Source: Laetmonice hystrix (Eukaryota). From it: a DNA stretch of 64,000 bases. Shown piece by piece: positions 12,886 to 28,100 of the stretch. Position 1 is the first letter of the stretch. Each line of letters begins with the position of its first letter. A program made the position numbers and the translations under genes. Below the pieces are notes generated by a model. It ran no database searches, was not told where the DNA came from, and saw only the letters and a list, made by a program, of their open reading frames with translations. The DNA is taken from contig OZ249436.1 of assembly GCA_965235115.1 (NCBI GenBank), positions 55,492,001 through 55,556,000 on the forward strand, read 5' to 3'.

Positions 12886-14665
12886 TTAAGGTCACACGAC
12901 ACACTTTTTGGTCATTATTTGTATCCCCGTGTATTGACAAAATAACCCCTCACAGTTAATAATATCGCTAATTCAGTTTACCTATAAGCATACTTACAGA
13001 TAATACGCACTGCTTCAGAAAAACATCTCCGCGCCTTCCAGGTTCGTTATTTGGTAATGAACGACTACGTCCAAGATAATTACAGAAGAAAACCCACCGG
13101 TCTGACGCAGATGTGCCAAGGTCGGAGTGAAGAAAAAAGACGCCTCGATCAGTACTTGTTATTGGCAAAAAGTAGCAAGTGCACCGTTCATGGCTTCCCT
13201 GGTCACTGCTCCGGACTAGCTGAGGTCAGCTATAGGAAGGCAATATGTCACAACTCTCCGAAATTAACTACAGAGCCTTGTGATCATTAAAAGAAATTCG
13301 AACCCAAAATGGTAAAGTGTAAAAAGGTACAGGGTAAAGTGTAAACGGTAAAGTGTAGAGGTAATAAAACCGGGCATAAAAGTACAAGTCAAAAGTCGAA
13401 CACTAGCTGAGGTTGGCCCCAGGCCGAGGTAGGTTGTAATCAGGTCGTGTACGGATTACCCCAGACTCGAGGTCATTACTTATCTCACAATGTCCGGTTA
13501 ACGTTACTGACAGGAGAAATAGATAAAAGTGGGTTATCTTTACAATATTTTAATGATGTCATGATTCGTCTGTATACACTGCTTTAAAAATTGGCACACC
13601 TAAATCTGCATGTATTGGTCTCATAATGATCGTGTATAACGAGGATTATTCTCCATGTAGTTGTGCATCGTTACACCCCTAAATTTATCGAAATTATAAG
13701 TAAAGAATACAAATAAACTATATATAATGTAAATTATACATGCACCTGTTGTGAAGACTTCTTCCTTCATTTGTCTCATAAAACTTCTTCTTGGGAGCTT
13801 ATTATGAATAATTGGGGGATCATTATGATTATTGATCAATTGTTACTATTAATTATAGTAATTATCATAATTTTGATAAGCATAATAATTACAATCGCAT
13901 TATTAGTTCACTAATTCATTTATTCCCCGCATAACAGTTGGAACCTTTCTTTGAGGTGTCTATGCTGGAAAGGTTCCTTTATTTCAGATGATTTGCTATT
14001 ACCGCAGCCCGTTCTCCAGCCTGACATATAGGACTACTCTGGAGGAGTAGGGTTGTTGTTGTAGGGCAAGGCTATCGTCCCCGTACTTAGGCCTACCTCC
14101 AGGGCGATAGGCCTCAAGGTATAGGATCCACATCGGCATGCACACAGATGACCCCTCGTTTTAGGCACCGCAGAAAAAGAGCCTATCGCCTTCAGTATAA
14201 TCGCAGTCATTAGAAAACACTTGTACAACGAACTGGCACTAGGATGCGCTCCTGGATATTGTGTACACGTACTTGTGACAGTGTATGTACGTCAGGTTTG
14301 ACGTGCTGCCGTATGCAGACGCTCCGTGCATGCACGTGTCAGTGATCGGCATTTCTCGCCCGGAGACGACGTGACATCATGAATCTATTAGAGAACGCTT
14401 GCCGGGAATCAATCCGACGAGAGGCTGCCGCTAGAGTTTGCTCTCTCGCAGAAACCTTGACATCAGTGGACGGTTAAATAGCGGGGAATCATGCCCACAT
14501 CAAACAGATAACAATTTCTTCTATTTGTGCTGGATGCATGCTGCTCGGGAAAAGGGCAAGATAATGAGGTTTTGTTTGAGTTCTGAGGATATGGTGACAA
14601 TGCGAAACGGATGGCTGGGCGACAACTAAGCGTCATCCAACGGGGCAGATCCTCTGGCTGACGCC

Positions 14666-14753
14666 ATGTACCTGACGGCAGGAGTGACGCTTATTTTTGG
14701 CACTCTGTGGTGTCTAACGGCTGGTACAACACTGCGAAATACCAGGCTTAAAG
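14666..14753 (+). CDS. nAChR exon 1 (signal peptide MYLTAGVTLIFGTLWCLTAGTTLRNTRLK)
   Basis: gccATG context, hydrophobic signal-like peptide, donor AAAG|GTGAGA in phase 1 matching the exon 2 acceptor. Linkage across 20.6 kb is inferred. Confidence 0.7.
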
Positions 14754-17700
14754 GTGAGAAACTGCTTGCACTTATCATTACTGTCTTTCAGGCTTTTCTG
14801 ATCATCGAAAGAACTCCCGTATATGTTGTTTGTTTTTAACGTTTAAACAAGTTAAACTTCGGACAGGGAGATGTGTTTAATTTTGGGATAATCCGAAAAG
14901 TCTACAAATCCATATTCCTACTTCTTTTGATTTTATGCTAACAGCGGAAAAACATCATGGTTTAAGACCTAGATCTTTCGACGTGTGCTCTGGCAAGTCG
15001 TCGTAGGTATCTAAAAGGAACTACACAAAGTCCACCCATGGAGATAAACGACCCATCAAACGAACATATATTATACATGTGTGATAAAGAAGGGGATTAG
15101 ATCCAAGCTGAGATCCATCAGAAGTCGTGTACATATTGCTGTCAGTGGTACAGATAGAGTTGGTGGACAGAGAAAGGGGCCGAACAAAGGCGAGGTTCAG
15201 GAGAATCAGGTGAGGCAGTCACAGATTGCCTCTCACAATCTCTGTCATCCCGGCTTACTCTCCACCTCCATCTACGTCATCCCCTTAATACGAACATCCT
15301 TCCAGCGGATAATCCCTTGGAAGGCCGCCATATACAGATTAAAAAAAGCCGCCTCTTACATTATTTTCTTTTCTTTACGTTAAGAACGTCTGTCTTTTAT
15401 TTGGTGGTGACGAATCGTCTGGGTGATTGGCAGTGATTGTAAGGGTGGAGCGAGGTTGATGCATCAATTGGATGCCGTGGGTACTTATACAAGTATTTGC
15501 GAAAGGGAAACTTATTCACTGCCAATTCTGTCTTTCATCAAAGTGCGCAGACGATAATCGGCGCGCTACCAGCCACCGAAATGTTGGGCATCGTGCCATA
15601 TTTCTCCTCGACCAATTCTCCTTCCCGCCCAAATCGTGATCCGAGCCCTTGGAGGCGGGGGATGGCGTCTCGTAAACAGCGACAGACTGCGGGGGAAACT
15701 TTGGTAATTGATCGGGGAAAATCATCCGCTCGAAATGGTATATCAAAGAGCCTTTTCAGAGGTTGGGTTCTCATTAAGTGCAAGCGACATTTCCCGTGCA
15801 GTGTCGTTACATGCACTGCCGCGATCCATGAAGAAGGAGACTGGGTAACGTACAGCAGGTGAGAGAGTCGTTCAAGTTGAAAGGGTGATGTACTGTTTTT
15901 GAGCACCACCACGGCAAAGATCATGCGTTTATGTTCAAAGTCAAGACGGTATAGGTTTCTCGGGTGGGGGTGGGGGGGGGTGGGGTGGGGGTGGGGGGGG
16001 GTTCTTGTGGAGAATACAAGGATGGGATGTCGGGGTGATCGCTTGGTGCACGCTCAAGTCATTAATGCAATGTTATCTTGAAATACATATGGGCTATTCT
16101 GTGAATAAAAAACGAGTTTCAGGTCTCAAACGAAACGATCCTCTTACTCTTCCATAAAAACAGATGATGTCTAACGAGGATTTGTCTTTAATCACTATCA
16201 CGTGACCAGCTCACGAACGTAAACCCAGAACGAGGTCATTAAGCGCAGCGATAAGTTACGTTTCTAATTGTCTTTTGTGGACACGAATACGGACACAGAC
16301 AGGAATACGGACAAATTTAAAGTTACCATATTATAAATATAGGATACAGTCACTGTGTCGGTACACGCATAATTGGACACGTGCAGTCCTTATATTTTTT
16401 TATATTTTTATTCCAATCGTGTCCGGTCAGCGGAATACAGACGGACACGGGGGCGGGCCGGTGTGGGCAAGCATGTCTCACCCATGGACATGGATACAAA
16501 CACAATTAATGTGGCCAGCTTTGTGCACGACACATGGGAATGACGTCGGCGTCAGTAGGCGTATCCCTAATTGGTTCAAATTAACGTTTCCGCCGGAAAG
16601 GAATTCCCCATGCCTACTCGACGTGTTTGGTGTTTATCTAAGGGCATCGCACCTGGCCTGCTTGGACCGGTGTCCCAGTTTCAGGTTACTCCCCCCCCAT
16701 CAGATTACCGGGGGGGGGGGGGGTAACCTGAAGTTTATTTCAAATTACCCCCTGGTAATCTGAAGTTGGTCTCAAAAAGCCCCTCGGTTAGGGTTAAGGT
16801 AAGTTTAGGGTTAGGTCTATTTGAATTAACTTGCTCAACATTTTTTATCCGAAGTTTATTTTATGTAACGTGAAACTGGAGGGGGGGGGGCAATTTGAAG
16901 TTAACTTCAGATTACCGGGGGTAACTTCAATACTTCAATGGGGGGTGGGGGTAATCTGAAGTTGTTACAGCGGTGTCGCCGGCGCTGGCTGTCGGTCTAA
17001 GCCTCTGCCGTGCCCGTGGGTTAAGGTTAAGGGTCGGGATAGGGTTATAGTTATAGTGTGTGTTTTTGAAGCTCTGTCAACTCAAAGCTGTTCGTTCCAC
17101 TGTCAGGATTAAATGCCTACCCTTTGCTGCCATCATTGGCTCCGCTATCTCGCTTCTGCAACAATAACTTTACTCGGGATGTTCCTATTGGCTCACCAGA
17201 AATGCAAGTTAATTTTTATGAATCGCGCCTCAGGCAGTGCTGTAATCTGATTGGTGCTTGCTGTACTGCAAGTAGGTCGCAAGGAGAACACATGCAGCTA
17301 GGTGGAAAGCGGATGGCGCTGCGATCTTTTCTCCGGTGAAAAAAGGCTGGATGTCGTGAGGGGGGGGGGGGGCGATCGCTTGAAGCGGTTTAACCCCGAG
17401 CGTGGGAGGATGATCTAAGGTTGGGTGTCACATAGTGTAACAATTCTACAGGAGTCTCTATCGTTAATATACCCATGGGTATCCGTATTATAATGTACAT
17501 TACAATCTGCCAAAAAAAAACGAACAAAACTATTAACAGTTTTTTTTTATGTCTTCTCATGCATGGTTTACTTTCTTTATGACATATCAGTGGATGTTCA
17601 ATGTTATAGTTTATCTTCTCCTAACATGAAAGGCATTAATTACCATACTCCTTTTTTCAATTACTATCACTCTCAACTCCAGGATAATATTATTAAGTTT

Positions 17701-20700
17701 GTGTTCACAAGAAAAGAACGTGGACGTCCGTTAGCCAACTCTAGTGAGACTATTTTCTTTTGATGCACTGATGCACGAAATCGTTTATCAAAAGTACAAC
17801 TACAAACCAACACTGCATCCCTGCTGTAACTCCCTGGACGGATTAAAAAACAAAAAAAGATTTGGAAACGCTTAGTTCGCGGTGTTCCAGGGCGACCGTA
17901 CAATGTGGGTCGCCTCTACACAGCCAGGAGTGAATATTCACTGAATGTTTGCCATCAGCGGTACAGCCGGACTTACAACAGATCTCCATTGTCCAGCCAT
18001 GTGTGTTGGGCTTGGAGGTGGGGAGTCGTTGATGTAAGCCACTAAAGCCCTCAGTCCCACTGTGGCGATGTTTTGAGCGAACCACAACGATCTGGCATTC
18101 CTGGAGAAAATCGCTTTGGATGTCCTGATTCTTTTTAGTTCTTTCTTGTTCTATTGTCTCAATTCGCGGAGACAGTTTAAAAATGTTAAAAATTGTCGTT
18201 GCGCCGCAACGAATTTCCTTCGTCTACTTTGCAATTACTTGCACTTACTTTTTACTCTTACGCTTCGTTGTTAAGGTGGCCGCTTTCCGTTGTGGTTCTG
18301 GTTCTGCCGCTGGGATAGAAGACACAGAACGGTTGTAGGACGACCTGACTCGATGCGCAATGAGGAAGAACGACTGTCGATTCGTCCTGCATCGTTCTAA
18401 TACGTTCCAGTTCTCTCCAGTTCGTTCTAGTTAGTTGCGCTTCCGTTCTCCGTCGTTCCTTTGCGTTTCCTAACATTCTTTGCTCATTCAAGTTAATTCG
18501 CAAATATTGTTGTGTTGATTCGTTTCTTAACCAGATCTGGCCATCCAGGTGGCATTTTTTGAAATTATTCGTGGCCTAAATCATTGTACCAATTTCGTAC
18601 TGTTTCCTTGTGGTTCGCTCAGAAAATCGCCACTTTGTTATGCAGTGCACAGCTGTGACGTAGTTTATTTCTTGTGGGGGGGGGGGGGGGTTACAAATGA
18701 CGGAAATGCGACCGTTTTGATTGGGGATGATTACATGACATGTCAGAAAAATAACGAATTCATGTCAGCCGCTGCAGCTACAGACAATGGTGCCATTTAT
18801 ATAAAGTTTCAAATCCCAGTGTCTTCATGTGAAAGTGAAATGGAATTTTTAACAACGTTAAAAGAACATCTTTTTGTTTATAACAGTTCCCAACAGTAAG
18901 GTGGCAAAAACAAATTCTCTTGATTCGATGCGAATGGTCATTTCAACCGTAGCTTCACACGGTCATTTCAACCGTAGCTTCACACTGTCAATAACGGCAT
19001 AAAGACATCCATAGGATGGTAGATGAAATGGCACCGTATTACTGATAGTGTAGGCTACGCCTACTGTATTTATGAGGTTATCAGGCAGGTTCAGCAACAT
19101 CGATGTAAAATGTCCTATTCGTATACTACAGGTAAGATTAATTGGAGGCGACGCACACGCCGAGATCGCAGGAGAAATCTAACTTATTTGGTAAACGTAC
19201 TTGGTGCCAGGGGGCGATGTCACGTAACCTTCACTTGATAGGGTCAATGCGCATGCTCATACTGCCGGAAGCTGCAACCTCCACTCATGTGTTGGGCCGT
19301 TTCTATTAGAGATGCCAAACGGGGCTTAATAAACCCGATGGCTAACTCGTAAGGGATGGCCTGACAAGCTTAATAACCGTTTTATTAGATAAACTCGCAT
19401 GTTTGCAGACGGTCGGCGTAGCTTCTCTCTCCCCTCCCATGTCGCTTACGATGCCCCAACATTAAGCCCCTCAGGGCATCACCCGACTCCTCGGCAGAGT
19501 CGTTGAGTGGAGGTTTTAGGATGGTGAAGTAGTGAAACCTGATGGTATCAATCTGGGTGGCATTAGAAACTGCCACTGCAGCAAGACCCTATGTAAGATA
19601 TGCAGCAAGACTCAAGGTCGGTGGAATCACTGCCAGGAAGGCAGATTAATTGCAAACATTTGATCTTTCTTTTAGGTGGGGCTGAAATGGTTCAGTCTTG
19701 CTGGATGTACAGGAAACTTTTTAAGATTCTTCGTAACATTAACATATATAGATGTTTTGGAACCTTGTTTTCAGCTTGCTACTTAAAGGAATCATGTCAC
19801 TTAGATCATATAGATTTTACACATTGGCGAAAATACTGCTTGTATATAGTCTGGTAATTATGTTCCATAGCACTGCCTACTTGCCTGATTGGATTTCGTG
19901 ACTATTTTTTAAAAATATTTAAAAACCAGCAAATTTGGAATGACGCGCGTCTTTTGCCAGACCTGCAGCCAACCTACGAGATGGAGTTTTAGCTGGGCGA
20001 CTTTACACCCTTTTCATAGAACGCGAGACTATAGCCGCAATCACGTAACCATCTCACCCGTTGCAACGCTATGCCTGCAGGTCAGACATTCCCGATGGCG
20101 GAAGGCAGCGTTGTTTTTGAGTGTTCTCGAAAAGAAATGTGAAATTGCAGGTGACAGTGCATTTCGCTGCTGTCTGTTTACAATACATAATGTATATTAA
20201 ACCTAGGAAGTATCCTCGGGACAGAAGGTGCATAGATTTTGACGAGGTAAGCGTGAAACCAGGCCGAACTGGCTTCCCGGAACGCTGAACCAGGGTGCCA
20301 TGATTCCTTTAAGTGTGCGACTAATGATATATTAATATGATATACTAAGGAATATTAATGATGCGTCAGCCGTCGGAAATCCTCAGACAAGACTTTGTAA
20401 ATTTTCATGATGGAGCTTTGATAAACTGCAATCAGACAGCATAGCTGTCAGGTCGACTGTATCCTAGACATCCTGGAGGTGTCGCAGTGGGTGAGTGAGT
20501 GAGGAATGGTGGTTTTACGCCGTGTCGGCATCTATATAAGGCCATGTTCACGGCGAAAATAGAGTTAGAAGAGGGTGTATGCTACGTGTGCGATAGGCAC
20601 TTCGATGCTCTAGTCCATGGGGGGGGGGGGGGGGGGGTTGACATGGCAGAGCACCCTCCTACAGGTCTTTTTCATGTTGACAACCGCACAATTATTATGA

Positions 20701-22070
20701 AACCTTCATGAATGATTATAAAACCTTAACCAGGTTTTAGTTCATTTTCTTGCAAACAAAATGGTGTATAGATGTTCACGATTGGCCTATAAAAAGTGCA
20801 TCTCGTCAGTTAAACTGCAAAAGACGTTTTGTCAAAACATTTAAAGTCACCCTTTCTTGGACGTCACATCTATAGTTATAGGGACTTGAACATGACATGA
20901 AAAATAACACGCGAAAAAAAGCTCGCGAAATTCGCACCTCCCAGGCATGTTGAAAGGGTCATATCTTCAAAACTATTGGATATTTTGCCTTAAAATTTTG
21001 CAGGGGTTCATAATACATGTTGTACTACATGTATGCAAAAATGGTTGAATTCTAAGGGGGTCACCCGGGGATTTTTCTGAAAATTTAACGATTTGACGTG
21101 GAATGACCCAGCAGAGAGAGAGAGAGACAGACCGACAGACAGACAGAGACAGAGACAGAGAATGAGAGAGAATAGACGCAATATGACGCCACAGCAATAT
21201 GACAAGTCACATATGATTCATTACCTGAATGATAACCAAGCAGTCTCACACTGACACACGAGGCGTTATACGCATATTCTGAATGAGGCATAAACTACAT
21301 TAGGGGGTCCGACCCGTCGATGTGGATCATATGGGATAAAGAGTTGGCCATAGATATGCCACCGTCTCCTGTACATTACGAAGACAACGCCCAGTTCGCC
21401 GACATGACCATGCCGTTAGCATTCATGATGCATGAAAAGCTTTTTTCCGTAAATGGACAGGTTGAGCGGTCCTTCGTGGCCATTTGCGCTGGCCAAAGTC
21501 GATGAGTCCCATCTGTAGCATAACTCAAGTGATGGATGACCTCGACCCTGACGCCCGAGGGGTGTGGATTAACGTGATTTATCGGGGGGGGGGTGATCTC
21601 CAGGAAATCACGGACGTGTCGTGGGCCTCACCGAACTGAAGACAACCGACGTCGACACAGTAAATCCTCTGACTTAACCAACTGATCTCCACATAACGAG
21701 TGGTCAGTCCCAAGGGCAGAATCTCAGGGTGTTTTTGTTGTTGTTGTTTTTGTTGTTTTTATTGTTGTTTTTGTTGTTTTGTTGTTTTTGTTGTTGTTGC
21801 TGTTGTTTTGTTTTTGTTGTTGTTTTTGTTGTTTTTGTTGTCTCCGTGATTAGCTGTGTTTATGAGCGGTGCATATACTGCATGAAAAAAAGGATATTTT
21901 CCCCATCGGTTGGATAGAAGGAATGTAAAAAAAAACGGGAGTGTGAATCGATCTTTGGGGGCCATTATTGGGCGGCAGAGCTTGAAAATAAGATCCTCCC
22001 TTCCCTTGAGACTAGCGTAGCCTACTGCTTCAAATAATCTCTCGGAAAACTGGACATCGGCGCCTTTTGG

Positions 22071-22102
<32 letters not shown>

Positions 22103-25100
22103 CTGGCTTGTGCACATTTGTATCCTTAAACCTATAGAAGTAGTTTTGTGTCCGGAGCTTCAAAACAACCGTTGCCCTTATAATGCGTGACCTTGTACCT
22201 CATTGTCCTATAATAACATACCTATATGGTTTTAGTTGCGTCCTAGCCCACATAGCCGAGGCCTGCCTTCATGTAGACCTGCCCTAGCCTTGACAATGAC
22301 CTGTGGCTTACGTTCCCAGTGATCTGATATCAGGCGGCTCGTCACCTTAGATACGACTGAATTTTGCATGACATTCTTCGCTCGGTGTACCGTACAGGTC
22401 GACTCCCTCATCGGCCTCGGGCTTGGATGGGTGGAGATGGGTAGATAGTGTGACAGTGTCAGGAGTCAGCTGCACCGGTCGGCGAGTGCAGCTTGCTGTC
22501 AGTATGCAGGATGCCCAGCTGCCGACGAAGCTTATTTCTGCACTAGTTCCTGAAGTAAACCATGCAATTATAGTTTGTTAATGATTTGTGCTCTCACAGT
22601 CCATGGCCTGGTTCTACCTCAGTCTTGCTAGCGGATATTGCATTCCGGCGCGAAATCGAGAGTTGTATGCCTTTATAATGCCGTGCAATTAAAAATAAAT
22701 CTATACCATTTTGTTTGTCTTTATCTAAATTGCAATTGTATGTAAATATTTGATCTTTCATTGTGTAATCCAGAGAAGTGAGGAATTTTTACCTGAAAGT
22801 TTAATCAATGTATTTCTACCAAAGAGTCGAGCAGTCGAGCAGAGAACAAAATTTTACCTGACGACGAAATCTGTGGTCGAAACACAGCGACACTACTTCT
22901 ACCATTTCAGGGTAAAACACCCATCCAGGAAAAAACTGTTTCTACCTAAACAATCGAAGGACCACCCTAGAGTTTAAAAGAGAAATTGGACTTTTCATCA
23001 GGGCCATTTCTCCACAAACATGCCAGTCATTGCAAACTTTGCCGTCAGAGTGGGAGAATTCGACGTGGTGCCCACATCGAGCACTTCATCCATACCATTC
23101 ATCACCTATAAACTGTCTTGTTTTTCAATTAGTGTTTGTTTGTAAGGTTTTATGATATCAACACGATTTCAATTGCTTTTAAAAGTTTCCCCCAAGTCCC
23201 CTTTTGCTCTAGAACGACTATTATGTCCATATAACGTAGCTTTTATCAGGGCATAATGTACCTTTTGGAGGTATCTGTAGTACCTACATATTTCATGAAG
23301 GATAAATCAGTTGTGGGCGTATATAGGATAACATTTTGATATTTGTCAGGATGATGTATCATGGTAAAAAAATGATGAGACCTAGCACCTAGCTTCATTA
23401 AGGTTATCTCTGCAGGAGGTGGTCCATCACAGCTCGCTCGGAGCAGATAACAGAAAGCCTAGTGATGGCGCGCAGGACGACGGCGTGGACGATGACAGGG
23501 GACACATTACAACCTGATTTAAACATTTGTATGATCTGCACGGACCACCCAAGCCAATAATTATTATTATTGGCTATTCCAGTGCTACTCACCGAGTGTT
23601 TATTCGACAGCTTAACAGGAAATGCCCTTCAGAGGAAGTGGCCAATCCACCTGAGGGATATTCCCCGAAATCGGCCGAAATGTGGCCGGAAGCCACATGA
23701 GTGGCGCGTTTCTCTGTAGGCCACTCGGGAATACGGGTCAAGACCGTCGACACCATCCTTATAGTTACACCTAATACACAAATCCCATATATCAGGCCAG
23801 GCCAGATTAGCGTATGGGCTCTTAAAGCAGTCCCTGAGATAAGCTTAAGTTAGGGGCGCGCATGCGGGCGAAGAGAACCGTGGAAAATGGATTAATCTGT
23901 ATATTTCCACATGGTGTGAAAAGGACGTTTTATAGCGTGACGGTATATGGATGACACTGAAGGTCTTTACCTCAGACGTGCGCTGAATAACAGATTTTTT
24001 TAGATGACTTTAAGATTGGCATTTTCCCAGCTTTTGTAGAAGTCTAAGGGGCTTCGGACAAATTCATCTTTTCTGAAAGCATTGCCACATGATTTCAGGT
24101 TGCAATGGGCGCAAGTCTTAGGATAAAAAAGGCGATATCGTCCATGTTAATTTTGTAATCTTTTTTAACTATTACTAGTAGAAGATTATTACTAGTAATA
24201 TCACATCCACTACGTTTACAATATGCATCAGATGAAGACGATACTTCACGTTAGTTTGAAGCGAGTTTCGTAATTAGATCCCATACCACCTAATGGACCA
24301 CAACGATTGGGTAAACACGACCTCGTGTCATGCACTGCCCCCTATCGATAGATCGGAATGTCCGATGGCGTCCTCAGCTCACTCACCTGTCTGACTCCCT
24401 AAAACCATGGTTCAAACCACCCCGCTCTCATGGAGTCGTTCTAGACATAATTTTCTAACGAAAGACTTGACATTGACAACATGTGCACTTTCTCTTTCAA
24501 GGACACTGATGATGAAAAAATCTAGTGTTGAGACTGAATATACTTCGATTAAATAAAAGAGGAACACACGGACTAAGAAATACAAACATTGTTTTTTTTA
24601 ATAATAGAAACATCAAAGTTAAATGCAAATATCAAAGGCAATTTGGATAATATAACGAGGCGCTCTTTTAGAATGAGACATTCTTAAATCGATTCCTTTA
24701 TTAGCGCTAAACCTTTATAAAGACCAGTTCCTGAAGTCGCTCCCATGCAATCTTTCCCGTTCTGTTCTAATGGCACATCAAATTCCCGTGATGCAAATAC
24801 ATCGCCAAAAGAGGTTGCTTGAGGGACGAGACAGGATGGGCAGTCCTTTATATACATTGAAAATTAAATTTTTAGAGCATTTAAAACGTAATCGTAACTT
24901 GATTTGGCACTTGAGTTTACGCTGTGATCACAAGCCTACCTACGGTGGTCTCAATATGCCATGATTTAATGTCAGAGGCTTTTGTTTGCCTGCAATAAAA
25001 TGCGCGAAAACAATATTTCTTTGGGCGCAAATAATAATTTTTGCGCGAAAACAATATTTCGTCGACATGATCCGACTGCACCCAACAGTTTTTTTTGCGT

Positions 25101-28100
25101 GCAAACAATATTTCTTTGCGCGCATCAAATTTCAGGACTGTTTCCACTAAGGCGATTTATGATTTAATAGTGTAATTTTTCCTGGCTGGCCTTCCCTATT
25201 TCTGAAAATGCCGGTTCAATCCTTTAATCTCAAAATCACAGTAAAATAAAACGGTGATGTCAAAATCGCATGGACGTCGCAAGGAAAATCTCCTTCCAGT
25301 AATAAGCCGATGATGTTTGCCAACAGGGAGGGTGGACAGGCAGCACTGCCGGCCATTTACGACGGCAATGATATCGGCCCATGACCCAATTAAGATCACC
25401 CCAAGGTCGCATAATACATGTACATAATAGTTCCCATTGGGGTCATTAGGTCAAATGTGTAGCATCTGGTAGGCAGGTAGCCTACTAAAGAATGTGTGCT
25501 ACATGTAATCATAAAAATTTGGCCTGTAAATATTCGTATGGCCAAGAACCAGTTGGTGTCATATCTAGTGCGCCTGGACGTACTTCATTGTCTGAAAACA
25601 AGCGCAAAATACGAGCACGAGTCGTCCAACGCACGTGACGTCATAATTTGAGCCATCGCATCCACCCACGCAATGTCATTATAATCATGGAGCGGGCTCT
25701 GGTGGCGAGCAGGTATCAGGACATTTGCCCCCCGGACATCTGCCCCCGGACTTCTGCCCCCCCCCCCAGGACATCAGCCCCCCAGACATTCGCCCCCAGA
25801 CATTAGCCCCCGTAGGACCTTTATCTCCCTAGGACATCTGCCCCGCAGACATTAACCCCCCGGACATTAGCCCCGAAAGACTTTTGCCATCCTAGGACAT
25901 CTGCCCCTCCCCATACATTCACCCCCCCCCCCGACATTAGCCCTCGTAGGACTTTTGCCCCCTTAGGACATCTGCCCCCCAGACATCCACCCGCGGACAT
26001 TACATCCATGTAACTCGGATATTCCCCACACACCTGTGCCTGCGCGGAGGGGTTGGGACAGGGTTAGAGTTAGGGTTCGGGTTAGGCTTAGGGTCCTAGG
26101 GGGCAGAAGTACTACCGGGGTTAATGTTGGGGGGGATGTCTGGGAGGCAGATGTCCTAAGGGGCAGAAGTCCTACGGGGGTTAATGTCGGGGGGGGGATG
26201 TGAATATCTGAGGGGCAGATGTCCTAAGGGGGCAGAAGTCCCCGGGAGGAAAGAGTAATGATAGGTCAAAACCTAAGGCTGAGAATGTAAACTCATGAGA
26301 AGATAGTAAACAACAGATTTACAGGACTCAACATGAACTGACAAAGATATGGTAAACATTGGCTTCCGCAGTCCCTGCTGACAGCGTCGTTCTTTATGTG
26401 GACACAATCACGTCTTAAAGGCCTTGCTGATTAAGTGTCATTCATATGCGCTGTTGATGGGAAGACGAGCCTGCGTTTGTCAACCACGATACATGAACAC
26501 GTGACTGACTTCCCGCGCCTGGCTGGATTTGTGGCGATGTTGTTCCCCGGGAGGTGATTAGGTGATTTCTAGATGTGCGCAAAAATTGCAAATTTCTAAC
26601 ATCCGATTTCCATGTTAAGTGGCCGACCATTGGTGTGGCCAGGAGGAAGTCCGTCCGGTGGGATATGATTAAGGTAGAGTTACAGATTAAGGTTGATCCA
26701 TTTCTATAGTTGGAGATTCCGGATGCAAATAGGGGAATCAATGCACAAAGTGATATTAGTGTAACTTCCCGACCATTGTTTACGTTCTTAGAACTGGTCA
26801 TGTGACAACGTCGATCATTTCCAGTGTGGACCGGATGGGGCGGGGGGGGGGGGGGTACTCGCCGCGGGGTTTTCATGTTGGCGAGGGGTACAATGGTAGA
26901 TGCCGTTCGAGTTGGCTCTCCCTTGTGTGTAACACCAGTCTGTGGTAATGCACATCAGTATCAGCATATCACTCTCATACTTACTCCCTATTGGCAAGAG
27001 ATAGCCCCCATGTATACTATTCATTACTTTATGCGGGTATACGTGATCCATAGGGGTTTTCTGTATGACATCATAGGAAGCGTAAGTTATTTTGGGTCAT
27101 ATAATTTTTGAACACTATACAGATTGATATCCATGTATTCTTTGCCACTCTATAATATATTATGTGAAAGATACTGTGTAATCTTATCATGCATTTAAAG
27201 ACGCATATAATCAAAATGTATCATTATTGTCTTCAAGTTGGTGGTCATCGGGAGAATGGTCGATCAACTGCTAAAAAGTACGAGAGGATCTTTTATGAAG
27301 GTTAAGTACCAGGCTTGCTGACCCCCTCTCTCTATAATCTTCACTTCTTGCAGTTCAGTACCAGGCTTGCTGACCCCTTCTCTCTATAATCTTCTCTCTC
27401 TATAATCTTCAGTTCTTGCATGATAACCTAACAATTCTCAATAAGATTATGCTTTTCCAGCTCCCCACTTTTTATTTCGTTATCTTAAAATAGTGGTTAG
27501 CTACTCTTAAAGGCGCTCATTGGGACGTACCAAATTGCCGAATTCAGACATATATTTACCTTGCATGTGTCCCAGGGTGGTCAATACGTACTTATGTAAA
27601 CAAATTTGTGACATCCGACTTAATTTTAATTCGTATGCAGTGAATCTAAATATATTCGACCAAACGCATAGCTAATGAGGTTCCAGGACAGGGCACTCGC
27701 GTCTGCCACCTACATCGAGTGGCAAATGGACACGACTGAAATAAATTCAAAAGTCTAACCCCCCGACCCGCCGGTCCATCTAAGCAAGCTAAGGTAGACA
27801 GGCCGGTCACCAAACCCTTCGCCTGCTCACTACACGAGCCTACAGCCCCGGGAAGCGCCGCCGCCATAACCGTTCTCGGAGCCATTTCAGTCCAAAACAA
27901 ACCTGGTACTCATTCGCGTGGTGTGGGTCTAGGTATCACGTCAGTAAACACACGCCATGTGCCTTCAATGAGACAAGGAGCGGTTACAATTTTTCTGAAT
28001 CTCGTGGAAATCGCTCCTTATACCTCTCCACGGTAATGCCAATGGTTTTTATGTAGTCAAAACTCCGAGGCTGTATGTGTTGTTGTAGGTTACATTTTTA

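Noticed and set aside
15497..15924. Overlapping 121-aa and 128-aa ORFs with a donor-like CAG|GTGAGA at 15858
   Set aside because: No signal peptide, no recognisable domain and non-ATG starts.
20490..20560. SINE tail-like (GAGT)n-GGTTTTACGCCG fragment
   Set aside because: Too short to assign without a database search.
24500..24550. Minimal hammerhead ribozyme (CTGATGA...); similar candidates at 6830 and 57411
   Set aside because: No stem II closing onto GAAA and no supporting helices were found by eye.
16787..26100. Telomeric TTAGGG-like tracts (16787, 17018, 26060)
   Set aside because: They are short, degenerate and embedded in MITE-like repeats, not true telomere arrays.
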